Assembly (NCBI RefSeq): GCF_018350175.1
Contig: NC_058368.1
Coordinates: 191,024,001-191,088,000 of the forward strand
Source: Felis catus
Taxonomy: Eukaryota
Direction: 5' to 3'
Length of the DNA: 64,000 nt
In this document: in pieces, positions 1 through 12,440 of the stretch
Layout of the letters: each line of letters starts with the position of its first letter
Numbering within the stretch: the first letter of the stretch is position 1
The notes under the pieces: model-generated
Database searches by the model: none
The model's input: the letters and a program-made list of their open reading frames with translations, nothing else
Told to the model about the DNA's origin: nothing
Program-made: the position numbers and the translations under genes

Positions 1-410
1 AGTAGCCCAGACTGGAGCAGCGGTGAGAGAGAAGTTGGTGAGGTAAGACTGTATTTCAAGCCTTTTTGGAAAGTAGAGCTAACAGCATTCGCTGCTGCCA
101 GAGACACAGGGTGAGGGTAAGAAAAGGAGAGGAGCTGGGGAATGCCAAGGGTCTGGTGTGAGCAGCTGGGTGAAGGATGGTACCATTCGTCATGATGGGG
201 AACACTAGGAGAATAGTGGGCTCGCTGGCAGGTGGTGGATGGAGTGTACAGAGGGGAGAGAGAGAGGTCAAGTTGATTCTGAAATGCATAGAAGAATCCA
301 TGGGGGAGGAGTCCCAAAGGCACTTTGAAAGGAGTCTGGAATTCAGGGGAAAGACTGGGCTTAGAGATTAAATATTCAAGTCTCCTGTATATGAATGTTA
401 TTTAAAGCCC
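1..410 (-). mobile_element. Degraded LINE2 (L2) fragment
   Basis: Purine-rich text (aagtagagctaacagcattcgctg, aggagtctggaattcaggggaaagactgggc) resembles the reverse complement of the L2 3' region. Confidence 0.65.
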
Positions 411-1616
411 CAGTAACGTAGCATGCATGTTTCATCTATGTCCAAATGTGCCTCAGAGAAGTCCTGAGAAATTGAATTGCTAGGTCAAGCTGCGTATGTG
501 TGGGGAGTGGGGGTGGGGGGGAGGGGACAGTGTTTCTTATAGATATTACCAAAGTTCTCTTCCAATGTATAATACGCCTTATACTTACATTCAAAAGGTT
601 TTTATTTCTGATCAACTGGAAGATATTTCAGTATAACTGCGACCATTACTTCTCACCATCTCTGAGAGTTAGAAGTATGAAGTGCCAGCTGAGGTAGTTT
701 TAAATGGAAATATATTTTTGAAACACACACACACATATTTGTACTAGGGACCATTAGATACATGAGCTAATACATTCTTGGCAATACCCTGGAAGGTGAA
801 TATTATTAAAATCATTTCATAAATTAAGATTCTGAGGTACTACGGAGTGAAGGAAAGTCCTCAAGGACAGCTCTAATTAGTATGCTGGTTAGGGTCTGGA
901 CTCAGAGTGAGGCCCAGTGTTCTTTCCACCACATATGGAATGTGGCAAAGACTTGCCTTTCCCTGAATGTAACATGAGGTGTTTAGAATTACCATCCTTG
1001 TGTACTTAGTGCCGCATGCGCTTAAAATGGCGTAAGCACGGCCACCGCCTGACAAGTCTGTGTTTTCCTTCAGATCCTCCCAAGCTACTGTTCTGGGCAT
1101 TTGGAATACATCAGTGAGCTGAAACACAGATGCCTAATCTCATGGCAGTGGTGAGAGGCAGTGAAGGGGGAGACAGATAACAAATATGAAACCAAAGTAT
1201 ATTACACTTGTGTTACAGGGGACAAGTACTAGGGGTAAAGGACTCTCCCTGATCAAAAGACAGGAAAAGGGGGATCAGAAGTATGGGGGTTGGGGGAATC
1301 AGAGCAGGTTCGATTCTTAAAAGCATGGGAAGGGTTAAACTCATGGAGAAGGTAATATCTTAAGAGACTTGAAGGAATTTGGAGAGTCACTGAAGCTTTG
1401 GCTGTGCATAAAACGTGGACATCATTGTAACGTGGTTCTTGATGCTCCAAAGTGATGACTAAAAGAGAACATGTAAACCGAACACCCTTAAAGAGGAAAG
1501 ATAATTTCAAACACCTGACCACAATTTTAATCGTATCATTTTCACATGTGCACTTCGCATGCATCTACCCATCAGAGCCTCACCTATGGTCAGATTTTGT
1601 TTTTAAAGAATGTGAC

Positions 1617-1791
1617 TTTTTAATGGTTGTGTGAACAGTGAGGGAGGGGCAGAAGAGAGGGAGACAGAGGATCCAAAGCAGGCTCCGCGCTGACAGCATA
1701 GAGGCAGATGCAGGGCCTGAACTCACAAACCACAAGATATAACCTGAGCTGAAGTTGGATGCTTAATCTACTGAGCCACCCAGGCGCCCCC
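1617..1791 (-). mobile_element. CAN-SINE (SINEC)
   Basis: Ends ctgagccacccaggcgcccc, the reverse complement of the GGGGCGCCTGGGTGGCTCAG head; AG-rich linker and T-rich tail on the left. Confidence 0.95.
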
Positions 1792-2269
1792 ATGGCCACC
1801 TTTCTTAACAGGAGTGACAGTCCTTTCCAGCAAACCAGCTGTGTCATACAAGACCAATGTTTCTTAAATCCCTGTGATGACTCCAACCAGAATCAGTAAT
1901 GAGGATCCCAGTTGAGCATCTAGAACTCTTCTGTGACTTGGGGATCAAGCCATGTAATAATAATGAACATGACTCAAATACTTAAGACCAGACAATGAGA
2001 TGCAAGCTGGAAGGGGACACAAGCAATATAAAGTTGAAATCATTATTTAACAGGAGAAAACCAGGTTCAGGGAGACCAGAGAGTAAGTCAGAAATAAGGC
2101 CAAAGTGGGCCAGAGAACCACAGGCTTCCCACAAATCTGGGCTTTGGTCTTTTCAGCTGTTTGACATCACTTTCATCAACCACCACGGGCACACCTTCGG
2201 AACAAAACCCAACGGCAAATCACAACAAACCCATTGGTTTGCTAGCCCAAAGAAAGCATGCAAATCTGA

Positions 2270-2510
2270 TGACAAATGCTTGTTTAATGGTTACCATGTG
2301 CCAGACACTGTTCTAGATGCTCTACTGAACCTATATAATTCTCACAGTCATGTAATTATGAGGAAGGCGCTATTATTATCCCCACTTTACAGCTGAGGCA
2401 ACTGAGAAACAGAGAGGTTAAGTCATCGACCCAAACACAGTTGGAGTGTTAAAGCAAGAATTTGAATTTAGATTGTCTGGCTGAAAAACCAATCCTCCTA
2501 ACTCATGTTA
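2270..2510. mobile_element. MIR SINE
   Basis: MIR core: attatccccactttacagctgaggcaactgagaaacagagaggttaagt. Confidence 0.85.
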
Positions 2511-3114
2511 AATGATTCCACACAAAAGTGTCTACTTGGTCAGAACAGCCTGATGACTAAGGAAAAACATGTTTTTGTGACAGTTTGAGCGTGAATTTCT
2601 CAACATGGATATGAACTGTAAGACAATTCATCGATACTACAAATACTATGGCAACAGTAGTTGCTGGGGTACATGTTCCTTAAGTACAGGCATCTTTCCC
2701 AGGTAATAAGCCATCTTTGATGTGTCTCTGGAACCCATAAACTTTTACAGCATCATGAAAAACAGCTACAACAAATTAGGCGCATCTTTTAATAGTGATT
2801 CAATAGTTCCATAAAATTAGAATTGATCCAGTAGATTTTCCCTTGACAATTGTGTTTGGTAATGATCTTTTGCTGTGCTCTCAAATATTTGCAGTGAAAT
2901 CTGTGGTCTGAAAGGAAATGCTATTTACCTCATTCTTAGTCATGTTATTTGTATGTATGTATGTTTGTATGTATGTAAGGAAGTATTTACATTTTTTTGT
3001 TTTAAATCAAGGCGTCCAGAAACAAACACGCTAACAATAATAGTGAAGTTATTACGTACTTGGATAAGTACCTGGCATGCCTCCATATATGTATGTATGT
3101 ATGTCTATTAAGCT

Positions 3115-3300
3115 ATAATTTACTTCCAGTGAAAAACACAAATATTAAGTATTCAACTCAAGTTTTACAAATCTGTACATCTGTGTAAACAATATCTGAT
3201 CAAGGCAGGGAATGTTTCCAGAACCCTAGAAAGTTCCCTTATGCCCCTTCCTAATTAATCCCCATCCCTAGAGGCAGTGACTGTTCTGATTCCTAGCACA
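3115..3300 (-). mobile_element. Old L1M 3'-end fragment
   Basis: aatgtttccagaaccctagaaagttcccttatgccccttcc resembles the antisense L1MC/L1ME 3' UTR. Confidence 0.65.
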
Positions 3301-3546
3301 ATAAAAATTTTAATTCCATGTACAATACTATGATGTGATTACTCCAAGGAATATCTGACTTCAAAACCTGTGCACTAGGCATGCTGTCCTACTGCATTTT
3401 TGCTCAGTAAATACCTACCCATGACCTACTCAACAGTGCCCTCTAAGAGAGTCAGGTCATAATGCTTTAATTTCTTTCCTATGCATCTAGAATGGTACTT
3501 TACGTACCACCCTTAAAAGAACTATAAAAGAAAGGTGATTCAAATC

Positions 3547-3745
3547 TTTTTTTTTTTTTTTTGAGAGAGAGAGAGAGAGCAAGAGCACCAGAGCAGTGAG
3601 GGAGAGGTAGGGGGAGGGAGAGAGAGAGAACATATCTTAAGCAGGTTCCACACCCAGCACAGAGGCCAATCCAAGTCTTGATCTCATGACTGTGAGCTGA
3701 AATCAAGAGTCAGACACTTAACCAACTGAGCCACCTAGGTGTCCC
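3547..3745 (-). mobile_element. CAN-SINE (SINEC)
   Basis: Poly-T, (GA)n, head ctgagccacctaggtgtccc; tcaaatc repeated on both flanks. Confidence 0.95.
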
Positions 3746-4773
3746 TCAAATCATTTTCTATATTCTGAGGTTCAGAAAAGAAACCCTACTGAAAGATTAC
3801 TATTGAAAACACCTATAGATCAGGAGGGTAGGGTTAGTGAATAAAGTGGACACATAACCCTCTCAAAGTAATGGGAACAACTCAGATCCTACTACCTGCC
3901 ATGCTGTGGGAGACCAGACTAGTGGCACCCTTCTTTACCTCTTTCTAGATTATCTAGATTTATAGATAATATCTCAGAATGTCTAAATCCTTTGTAATTA
4001 GTTAAGAAAAAAACACTTGGTGATCCAAAATGTGCCTTTAGGCCAGCCCTTAGACTGTGATCTGCTGTTCGCATCCTTGGCCTGGCAAATAACAGGTGTA
4101 GTTTTGTCTACAACAGAAGTGATGCCACAAGCCTTTGAAGATCAGGGCCAACTTTGGGAGTTAATGTGTGTCATTACGTGGTCATTACTTAAGGATACTA
4201 AGAAGCATCCTTAATAGAGAGAAGAACTGGCAACAGGAAAATGGAATGAAATTTAAAGAGAGAGCGAGCGAGCTGGAATGAGTATGGGACAAGAGAGATG
4301 ATGGCGGACAACCACAGGTAAGAACAGGAAGGAAAGGAACACAGTGTGACTCTGCCTGTCCGCTATTCCTAGGTTCTAAGTAGTCTTCTTTCATGGAACA
4401 TGCCACTCCCACTACCACAACCCTAACTAGAGTTAGGACAACAGGGTGGTGTCTAATGTTTGCTTGGACGAAGGAGCTAACAGCTGATATTTATTCACTG
4501 AGCTCAAGAAGTACAGTTTCCGTGGCTAAATACTTCAACCCCAGCTGGTAACTAACTGCAGGGTTTCCAAGAGTTCAGAAATATGTTATTTAGAATTCAG
4601 GGTGCTCATGAGAGAGTCTGATCCTATCACCTCGCAAAGGAAAGTGGGCTGAACAAGGAGGGAGTTTCTAATCCCTGGCAATATAGTTTTTTATCAGGAA
4701 ACTGGGCTTGTGTTAATAGGTGCCACTGCATTATCAGTTACAAAGAAAAATAAAGCCTTAGCTCCACATTCAC

Positions 4774-4944
4774 CTACACACCCGGAGCTCCGTTAGGACA
4801 GCCACCAGCAAAGGTTTTCGAGCAAGCCAATCTCACAGGATTTATACACTTAGTGAACCGTGGTGACACCTTCCTCCCCAAGTCCTACAAACCTCTCTGA
4901 CAGCAGGCCAGGGGCCACAGATTACAAGGCTTCTTTATATAAAG
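4774..4944 (-). promoter_or_regulatory. Candidate TATA promoter with short first exon
   Basis: TATATAAAG within the palindrome ctttatataaag (4933-4944); donor TAG|GTGAAT at 4774/4773; unique sequence retaining CpGs. Confidence 0.25.
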
Positions 4945-5187
4945 TGGTTCACACTTGGCAATTGGAATTTGAAATAATAATGAAGACAATCACTTCTTTG
5001 TGTGGCAGCAAAGGTGAAAGAGCACAGTGGAATCTGGAGAGAAATTTGGGCAACGCAGAAAAAGTAACTTGGATAACTCAGGGTAAAATATTCTTTCCTC
5101 TGCTGATTGTGCCCATACTTCTTTTTATCTTGGTTTGACTATTTCATTCTTTGCCAGTCTGTCTCATGCTGTCTTAGTCAATATTAA

Positions 5188-5188
<1 letters not shown>

Positions 5189-5234
<46 letters not shown>
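5189..5234. repeat. (TG)23 microsatellite
   Basis: Read directly from the sequence. Confidence 0.98.
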
Positions 5235-5237
<3 letters not shown>

Positions 5238-6239
5238 CTCCTTCTGCTATAAGATCATCTCACCTCCCACTCTTCCTTCTTACTGTGCCACTTCTCCCAT
5301 AAAATCACTCTCTCCCCCTTAGGTTAATAGACATTTGGTGTTCTGTTCATGGAATATGCACCTGGCAGATGACTGGAACTGAGTTCAGGGAATCATATTT
5401 TTGTCAAGAGGAGTTTAAGTAGAATGTGTTCAAGAAAGGTAAGGAGAATAGCACAGGAAAAGAGGAGGGACATATGAAATAATTCAAGATGCCCATCCTT
5501 GGGAAAGGAAGACTTGGACCTTCATAAAGTAATGGGAGAGCTTTAGAATTCCAAAAACGATAGATTATGAGAAACAGAAAACACTCTAGTGGCATCGATC
5601 CCATTGTACAGGTGGGAAAACTGAGATCCAGCAATTAGTGAAGTCAGGACCTATCCCAAGATTTCTGACCACTTCTATCTTTACTCCCTTTCTCTACCTC
5701 ACTTCTGCACCAAGTACCATCACCCATCTCAAATGTGGCTCCAGAGCCCATGACAAAGGGCATAGGTTACAAAGCGCAGACATGAACATTGGCTCAATTT
5801 GAGGAGAGTTGAGGTGAGAAATGACACCCCAGCTGCCTTGCAGAGTAGAGAGGTTCTCCATCATTGAAGGCACTGCCAACCCATGTGGCTGATATCTGTC
5901 AGCAATGCTATAAATGGCATCCCTGCAGTGGATACTGATTTAACCACATCTTAAACAAACCCAGTTCTGTGCACAGTGTCTGGCTGGCTTCAAAAGAATC
6001 ACTCAGAGAGCTTTTAAAAATATAGAGACTCTCCAACTCTAATCTCTGGAATTCTGATTCAGGAGGTTTTGAGAAACCATGGAGGTGATTTCTGAGGAAA
6101 CTTCCAATACTAAGATTCCAGTATGTTTCTCTCTCTTTTTGTTTGTTTTGTTTTGTTTTTGAGGCTTGCCTTCCAAAGTATCACTAAGTTATCATTACTG
6201 AGGCGATGCATATAACATGTAGTCCACACCAGACTCATA

Positions 6240-7000
6240 GTCAAGAAACAAGAAGCATTGCCATTGTCGCAGACTGCCTGTGTCCCTTAGACAGTCTTTT
6301 GATCTCAGTGTTCACTTTCCGGATCTCAGTGTCCGCTTCCATAAAGTGGAAGGAATAGATTACTGAGGCAGTGTTTTTCAAATGTATTTGTTTATTTGGT
6401 TTTGTTGTTGTTGTTGTTGCTGTTCTTGTTGTTTTGTTTTTTGTTTTTAAGCATTTGTGGCCCCAACTGTCCATGCCTGTCCTACAGGCATCCTCCCTGG
6501 TGTACTAATAATAGATAGGCGCTGATAGGCTCATCATCTGGCAGAAATCTCGATCTGAATTTGTGGGTTCCTACTCCATACCCAGAGGGTGAAGCATGGT
6601 TGGCTGTAACCAGTATGGCAGTATCATCGCATGGGACCAGTGGGTACACAATCCAGTTCTGGGTGTGTATTCTGAGATGCGAGGGGAAGTCTACATGGGA
6701 CGGGATCCCTTCCTGATGAAAGGGGCAAAGTCTCATGAGGAAAGGTGTTTTCCCCTTCATGCCCTGCCACCTGTGCCCTGACTTAGACATGATGCATGGA
6801 CATGAGCACGGGAAGGTCAGCTAAAGGGCAGAAGATGGGGAAGCAGAAAGGAAGCTGTGTTCACTGGGGACAGTGCTCAGTTGTCGCACTAGCCCTGGAC
6901 TGTCCAAGCACGACCTATACCTGTCCACGCCAAAACCAACACCTTATACCTTCAGACTTCTGTGAGCAGAGTTTCTATTACTGTAGCCAAACACAAGTTT
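6240..7000. mobile_element. MaLR (MLT1-type) LTR remnants
   Basis: ccattgtcgcagactgcctgtgtccc and ttcctgatgaaaggggcaaag...ccctgacttagacat resemble degraded MLT1 LTR text. Confidence 0.55.
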
Positions 7001-7655
7001 CACGGGTACTGCCCTAGAACTCCCTTTTCAGATGAAATCTCCTGCAAAACCCCAATACAGACAACAAGTCAAAGTAGCTGGGCTACAGTAGAAATATGGA
7101 GAGGGTGTTTCCAGTTCCAGAACCATCCTTCCCCAGATTCCTGATGAGGTTCTTCCACGGAACCAAAACCAGCCAGGACCAGCATCTCTTAACGTGGAGA
7201 CCCCATGAGAGATCCTCAAATCTTCCCTGAGACCTGAGAGTTCTTCACCAAATCTGTTCTTGTGTTTTTCTTTCTTTCTTCTTTCTTTTTTTTTTGATGT
7301 GATTATTTGGTGTAAATTTTGTCCTAGAAAATATAGGTCAGATTCACAACTAATGCCTACTACCACACAGCTTTGGTGTCTGTATTTGTATTAACCATGT
7401 GATCGCGTGGGTGACAAATGACTCCATTCTAATTTTCATGAAGAGAGAAAGGAGAAGAATGTGACACAACATAAAATGGCACATTCCTTCAAGGTGCAAA
7501 TAAAAGGACAGAGTGAAGGTAGATGGGAAGAGAAAACAGCTGTTGAAGAATCAAGTGTCTGTCCAGGATATAGGAATGTAAGTGTGCTGGGATCAAAGTA
7601 ATCTCTGGGTACGTGTTAGTCCCATATTCATGGTGTAAACCTTATTAAATTCCAT

Positions 7656-7871
7656 GGGGCGCCTGGGTGGCTCAGTCGGTTAAGCGTCCGACTTCGGCTC
7701 AGGTCGTGATCTCGCGGTCCGTGAGTTTGAGCCCCGCGTCGGGTTCTGTGCTGACAGTTAAGAGCCTGGAACCTGTTTCAGATTCTGTGTCTCCCTCTCT
7801 CTGACCCTCCCCCGTTCATGCTCTGTCTCTCTCTGCCTTAAAAAAAAATAAACATTAAAAATTTTTTTAAA
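7656..7871 (+). mobile_element. Young SINEC_Fc-type CAN-SINE
   Basis: Intact head GGGGCGCCTGGGTGGCTCAGTCGGTTAAGCGTCCGACTTCGG with many CpGs kept; (CT) linker, A tail; TSD aaattcca at 7647-7654 and 7872-7879. Confidence 0.97.
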
Positions 7872-8422
7872 AAATTCCAATAATGCATGTTCTACATAAG
7901 AAACCAAAGTTCATAATCTGAATGTTATGAGATATATTTCTCTGTATTTAATGCAAAATTTTGTTTTAGGACTATGTTTATTCAAGAATGATTAAAACAG
8001 AGAGGTAGTATCTAGGTGGGTATTTTCGGTTTGTACATATGTGACAGTACAATAAAATAATTAAGTCGATAATGAGGGCATTGATTTCCCCCACAAACAC
8101 CCTGTTTATGAAAGGGGTTTCCATATTACTCATACTCAAGAAATTCTGCACTACAGGATGGCCCAGGTCTCTTCCAGATGGTCAAATCCAAGATTCTATG
8201 AACCTCCTAACCTTATGAAAGTAGAATTAAACACTTTCACCAATAAATGGTACAGGTATGGCCTTAGAGATGTTTTTTTTTTTTAATTAAAAATAATTTA
8301 ATTAATTTCATTCATCAAAATAAAGCCTATGTATCCTTTTATCTTCCTCTGAAAAACTTTGTCTTTATGACAAAGTGTCCGTGGGCAGGGCCTAGAACCA
8401 ACTGGTCACCACAATCACTCAC

Positions 8423-8469
8423 CCATCTGCACCTGGTCCATTCACTCAACACCCCCAGTGGGAATACCT
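8423..8469 (-). other. 47-nt internal exon of an unidentified minus-strand gene
   Basis: Minus strand reads ttttaac (branch-like) ccctatttcttccatccag|AGGTATTCCC...GCAGATGG|gtgagt: pyrimidine tract, CAG acceptor and consensus donor. Confidence 0.6.
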
Positions 8470-8654
8470 CTGGATGGAAGAAATAGGGGTTAAAAATAAA
8501 GCCTTAAGAGCCTGCTCCCTCACTGCTTGGGAAATCTGAACCCCTGGGCGTTGCCGTTCTTACAAAATGTGCTTTCTGATTGCTTCCAGAAGGCACAGCG
8601 GGGCAGACTGGCCACCGGGTCTCCCATCCTGTTAGAGGGTAAAACGATTCTCAC

Positions 8655-8795
8655 CGAGACCGTGGTTTATCCACACACTTCAAGCAAATGAATTGGTGCC
8701 TGCTGGTTTGTGCTGTTTCTAGTCTGCAGGCTTCATTCCTGGTCACCGTCTCCTCCCTCTGCCCTCACTGCCCCCTGTGTGGAGTGGCCACTCCT
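8655..8795 (-). other. Candidate alternative first (5' UTR) exon
   Basis: Donor TCG|GTGAGA at 8655/8654 would give a 185-nt intron to the 8469 acceptor; GC-rich unique sequence upstream; 5' end uncertain. Confidence 0.4.
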
Positions 8796-9510
8796 CTACC
8801 CTGTTGCCTGCACCTCAGCCCTGATTCCTTCTCCTCTACCCTCCCACCCCTTCTTTTTCTTTTCAAATGTCAAGGGAGCTTGATTCGCCCCTCCTATACT
8901 TCCAAAAAAGGGAAACTATAAAGTTTCTTCCAAGTTTTAGGCGCTGCCGTTCAAAATTCTGTAACCCGGAGCTGCCATTTCACGCCTGCTCTGCTCAGTG
9001 CTTGACACAGGCTAAATTTAGACAAGTATGACATTAGAGCTCACTTGAGTCTCCTTTTTCACTGGCAGTGGGCTTGGCTATGGCTCATGTCGGTTCCTAA
9101 TGTGTCCTGGCATTCTGCTCACCCAGTAGGCACTTAGGAAAAACACCAATGTAGTCACCGTCTATGCTGACTTCCAAATGCACATTTGTTTCTGTCCCAC
9201 ATCCTGTGCGTCCCAAACCCTCGCCACCCAACATAACACAGAGATAAGACTGATGAAAAAAATGTTTGCATGCCACTTTTCGGGTAAGAACCCCTGCTGG
9301 CCCCCATTTCCCAATTCCTTCCTCCAAGTGCACAACTGTGGAGAACATGAGGGCTGAGAGTGCGGACTTTCCACCGAGAGGATAGAGGTCGGCCTGCACA
9401 GACGTCTTACACAGAAGATGAAGAGCTCCAGCCCTGTATCCCTCATTCACCCATCAGTCTGGACTGTTAGCTCCTCACTGAGAGATTTTAAAACTAAAGT
9501 AAACACGCAC

Positions 9511-9680
9511 CTGAATCCATTCATTCAACTCTTTCTCCAGCTTGACTCTTGGCCAAGACCCTTCGGAGAGCACAAGAGCTGTCACCAATTGCTCTGCCAG
9601 CAATCACAAAGCTGGAGTGAGATTTCGTCCAGCCCTTCCTGAGCTGAACGAGTTTCTTAAGTGCAATTACACAGTGTATT
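9511..9680 (-). other. Candidate alternative first exon ending ATG GAT TCA G
   Basis: Donor CAG|GTGCGT at 9511/9510; ATG at 9520; 5' end uncertain. Confidence 0.3.
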
Positions 9681-10605
9681 TTCCAAATGCTAAGCACAGA
9701 ATAAGGTAGAGCTTTCACGGGGTGGGGTATAAAAACCTGTACTGCATTATAGCTGATACATATGAGGAAGGATTATTTAAAAAGTTGGGTTTTTTTAAAG
9801 CACTCTTTCCAGTAAAGTGTAAAATAAAATCAATTAAGGAGCTAAAATTCACCCCATCCTATGTCTGTCTTATAGCAACGATTATGAAGAAACTACTGTT
9901 TTCTGTTTCCCTTTAGTTGTCTCTATTTCCAAAACACAGAAGTAGTTTTTGAGAGTAAAACTGCCACTAACTTTTCAACTCAGGATAGTTGAAAACTATT
10001 ATAGAAACAGAATTACAAAGGTTGATCCAGCATATTTCTAGGCAAACCTATCAGTGGGCTCCTTAATGACAGCCCAAATCCCGTAGAATAATAAGAGATG
10101 CCAGGAACTCATAAACACATATCTGCTCCCACACTCTGAAAATGTAATCCAAAATAGAAACTTCCAACTCTGATTCCTTGCTAAAATGAAAGCTATTTTC
10201 TGCTAAAAACACCCCTCTCAAAGCTCTCATGAAGCAAAGAACACAGATAGTTTCATCTCAAATGATCTTTCCTGCCAACGAACCGTCCTTCCACGCAGAT
10301 AAGTTACAGAAGGTGGGAACAGGGTGACCGCCCAAGGATTCGCAAACTTTTCCTTTCCCGTTTGTGTTGCTAGCTAAATCCCAACTTTCAAAAGTGTCTC
10401 AGTCCTGCTGGAAATCAGAACTTGAAGAGGGTATGGGGGAGGAAAACAAAAATGATTACAAGTCCACACCGAACGTTTGAAGGGATGGAGTTCTAACTTG
10501 CAACACACACGCACACCGGCCAAAAACTCCCAGTACTTGCAAACAAACAGCAGGCTGAGAAAGTGAAAAGAAGCGTGGAAACGTAAAAACTTAACAGTGC
10601 CCTAC

Positions 10606-11150
10606 CTCGCTTGTCTGCTTCACAAAGCGCCTGATGAAAATCGCCCACAAGCCCAGAGCGAGCCGAGAGGCTCTGAAGGAGGCGGCCGCTCAGCCCGCCG
10701 AGCGTGAGCAGGCCCAGCCTGTGTTCAGAAGCTGCCCCAGTCAGATTTTCCAACTGCAGAATTGCAGCCAAGTCCCTGCCCATGCCTGAAGAATTTCCTG
10801 AACAGCATTCCCGTTCTTTCTCTGACGGCTTTGAAACCGTACTCTGTCTGTACTTCAATAAGGCTTTGTCAGGCCAACTCAGAGCTACTGGTCTGTCTCC
10901 AGCTATCAATGGGAAACACATGTGTCAAGCACAGACTCGCTCCCCTGCAACAGCGTCCGTGGCGTCTGCTGGGCTCACATTCACAACCCCAAGGGAAAGG
11001 GCTTCTAGAACCAATTCGGATCGTTCAGCCATTCTCCAGGTTCTGCTCTGTGCTGCCAGATGCCGGAGAGGAGTCTTCTGCTGCTCAGCACTGCCCATTT
11101 TTAACTTCTTCCCCTGGCAGGCCCGGGCTCAGCCCTGTGAGCCCACTGAG
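10606..11150 (-). other. Candidate first exon in a CpG-enriched region
   Basis: Donor GAG|GTAGGG at 10606/10605; local CpG enrichment (gcggccgc, gcccgccgagcg); 105 open codons from the ATG at 10921. Confidence 0.4.
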
Positions 11151-11159
11151 CTCTTGCCA

Positions 11160-11365
11160 GCCCTGATAACGAGCCTATTTACAGCTGAGAGATGCGAATT
11201 CTAATTGAATCTCCCTACCTGCCTTTGCCTCAGTCATTGCTCAAAATCTCAATTGCTGGAGGGGGAACAGTATTTTTAGCATTTCTAGATTTTGGTTCAG
11301 TACTTCAGAGTTCTCCCCTCATCCTCGTATGTGCATCTTGGCTGCTGCAACTAAAAATAATGCAA
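11160..11365 (-). promoter_or_regulatory. Candidate promoter/enhancer with GATA, E-box and MEF2 motifs
   Basis: TGATAA 11164-11169; CAGCTG 11182-11187; near-MEF2 tatttttag 11271-11279; MEF2 consensus CTAAAAATAA 11351-11360. Confidence 0.35.
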
Positions 11366-12009
11366 TTATTTTCAGGCATTTTAGTTGCTGTCTGCTCTGT
11401 AACTGTGCTGGTCCAGGAATGTAACATTTCACATGCTCTTCAGACGTGTGATGGTTACAGGGAACAGAAAGGAGAAAATAACGTACCTTTAATCAGGATA
11501 TGGCCTAATTCTGTGCACCTGTGATTATTTCCGGATGACATTCCATCAAGATGTCCTGTGTACATTCTGCTGGATTTTGTGATCGACTTTTGACGTTTTC
11601 TCTTACCATCAAACACGAGAAAATCTTGAAAGATACCACGAGGACACCCCTCTTCTCCTACACTGAAAACCCCATTTATAAAGAGTCAAAGCTAAGTTGT
11701 CAAGGTAACACTGTAGGAAAGCGATGATTTATAGAGAAAGCCTCATCTGTTTTGAGGGTTTTTTTAAATTAATATTTTATGTCCTAAAATCACGTCCCAT
11801 TAGCAACTTATTTTAAAGAACGGGCTCACCAGATTTTAGAAAGTGTTGTGTGTTCCTGAGGGGCTGTTGTAAATAACAGGATCTGGTGGGGTCTTGCTTG
11901 AATTTAGCATCAAATTGCAATGGGTGCTCACAGCAGGATTAGATTTTTGCTTTGGGAAGCAGTGTATGTATGTGTGTGGGGAGGGGAGCACGTGCACCTC
12001 TACGGTCAG

Positions 12010-12440
12010 GATGCAATTATAGAATCCGAGGACTTCAGAGTTGGAAGGAACCCCAGAGACCATCCAATCCAAATTGTTTCTACCCTTCATTTTGTAGAGG
12101 GAAATGGAGACCCAGACAGATAAGATGACTCATCCAGAGATGCAAAGACAGTTAATGCTGGAGCTGAGGTTGGAAAATGGGCTTTTGGCTAATTTTCTAT
12201 GTGCTTTCTCCATCCCAGCATCATTGGGGAAGGGCAATGCCATCTAACCTTCCCAGGAATAGGCTTGCAATCAGTTCACCTGGGTCTAATCTTAACTTTG
12301 TCTCTCTTACTGACTGTGAATCTTGGCCAGCTTGCTTAACCCCTAAGGACCTCAGTTTCCTCATCTATAAAATGGAAACAATGATAGATTCTACCTCGTG
12401 GAATTGTTGAGGAATTTGGTGAGATAACTCACGTAAAGTG
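12010..12440. mobile_element. Two oppositely oriented MIR fragments
   Basis: cattttgtagagggaaatggagacccaga and cctcagtttcctcatctataaaatgg core motifs. Confidence 0.8.

Noticed and set aside
4300..4325. Plus-strand donor CAG|GTAAGA
   Set aside because: No convincing acceptor or promoter upstream; isolated donors are expected by chance
7656..7740. tRNA-like A/B boxes in SINE heads
   Set aside because: CAN-SINE heads are tRNA-derived, so these are not tRNA genes
10704..11524. Plus-strand ORFs of 110-166 aa
   Set aside because: Overlapping frames in GC-rich DNA, several with non-ATG starts and no recognisable domain; splice signals favour the minus strand
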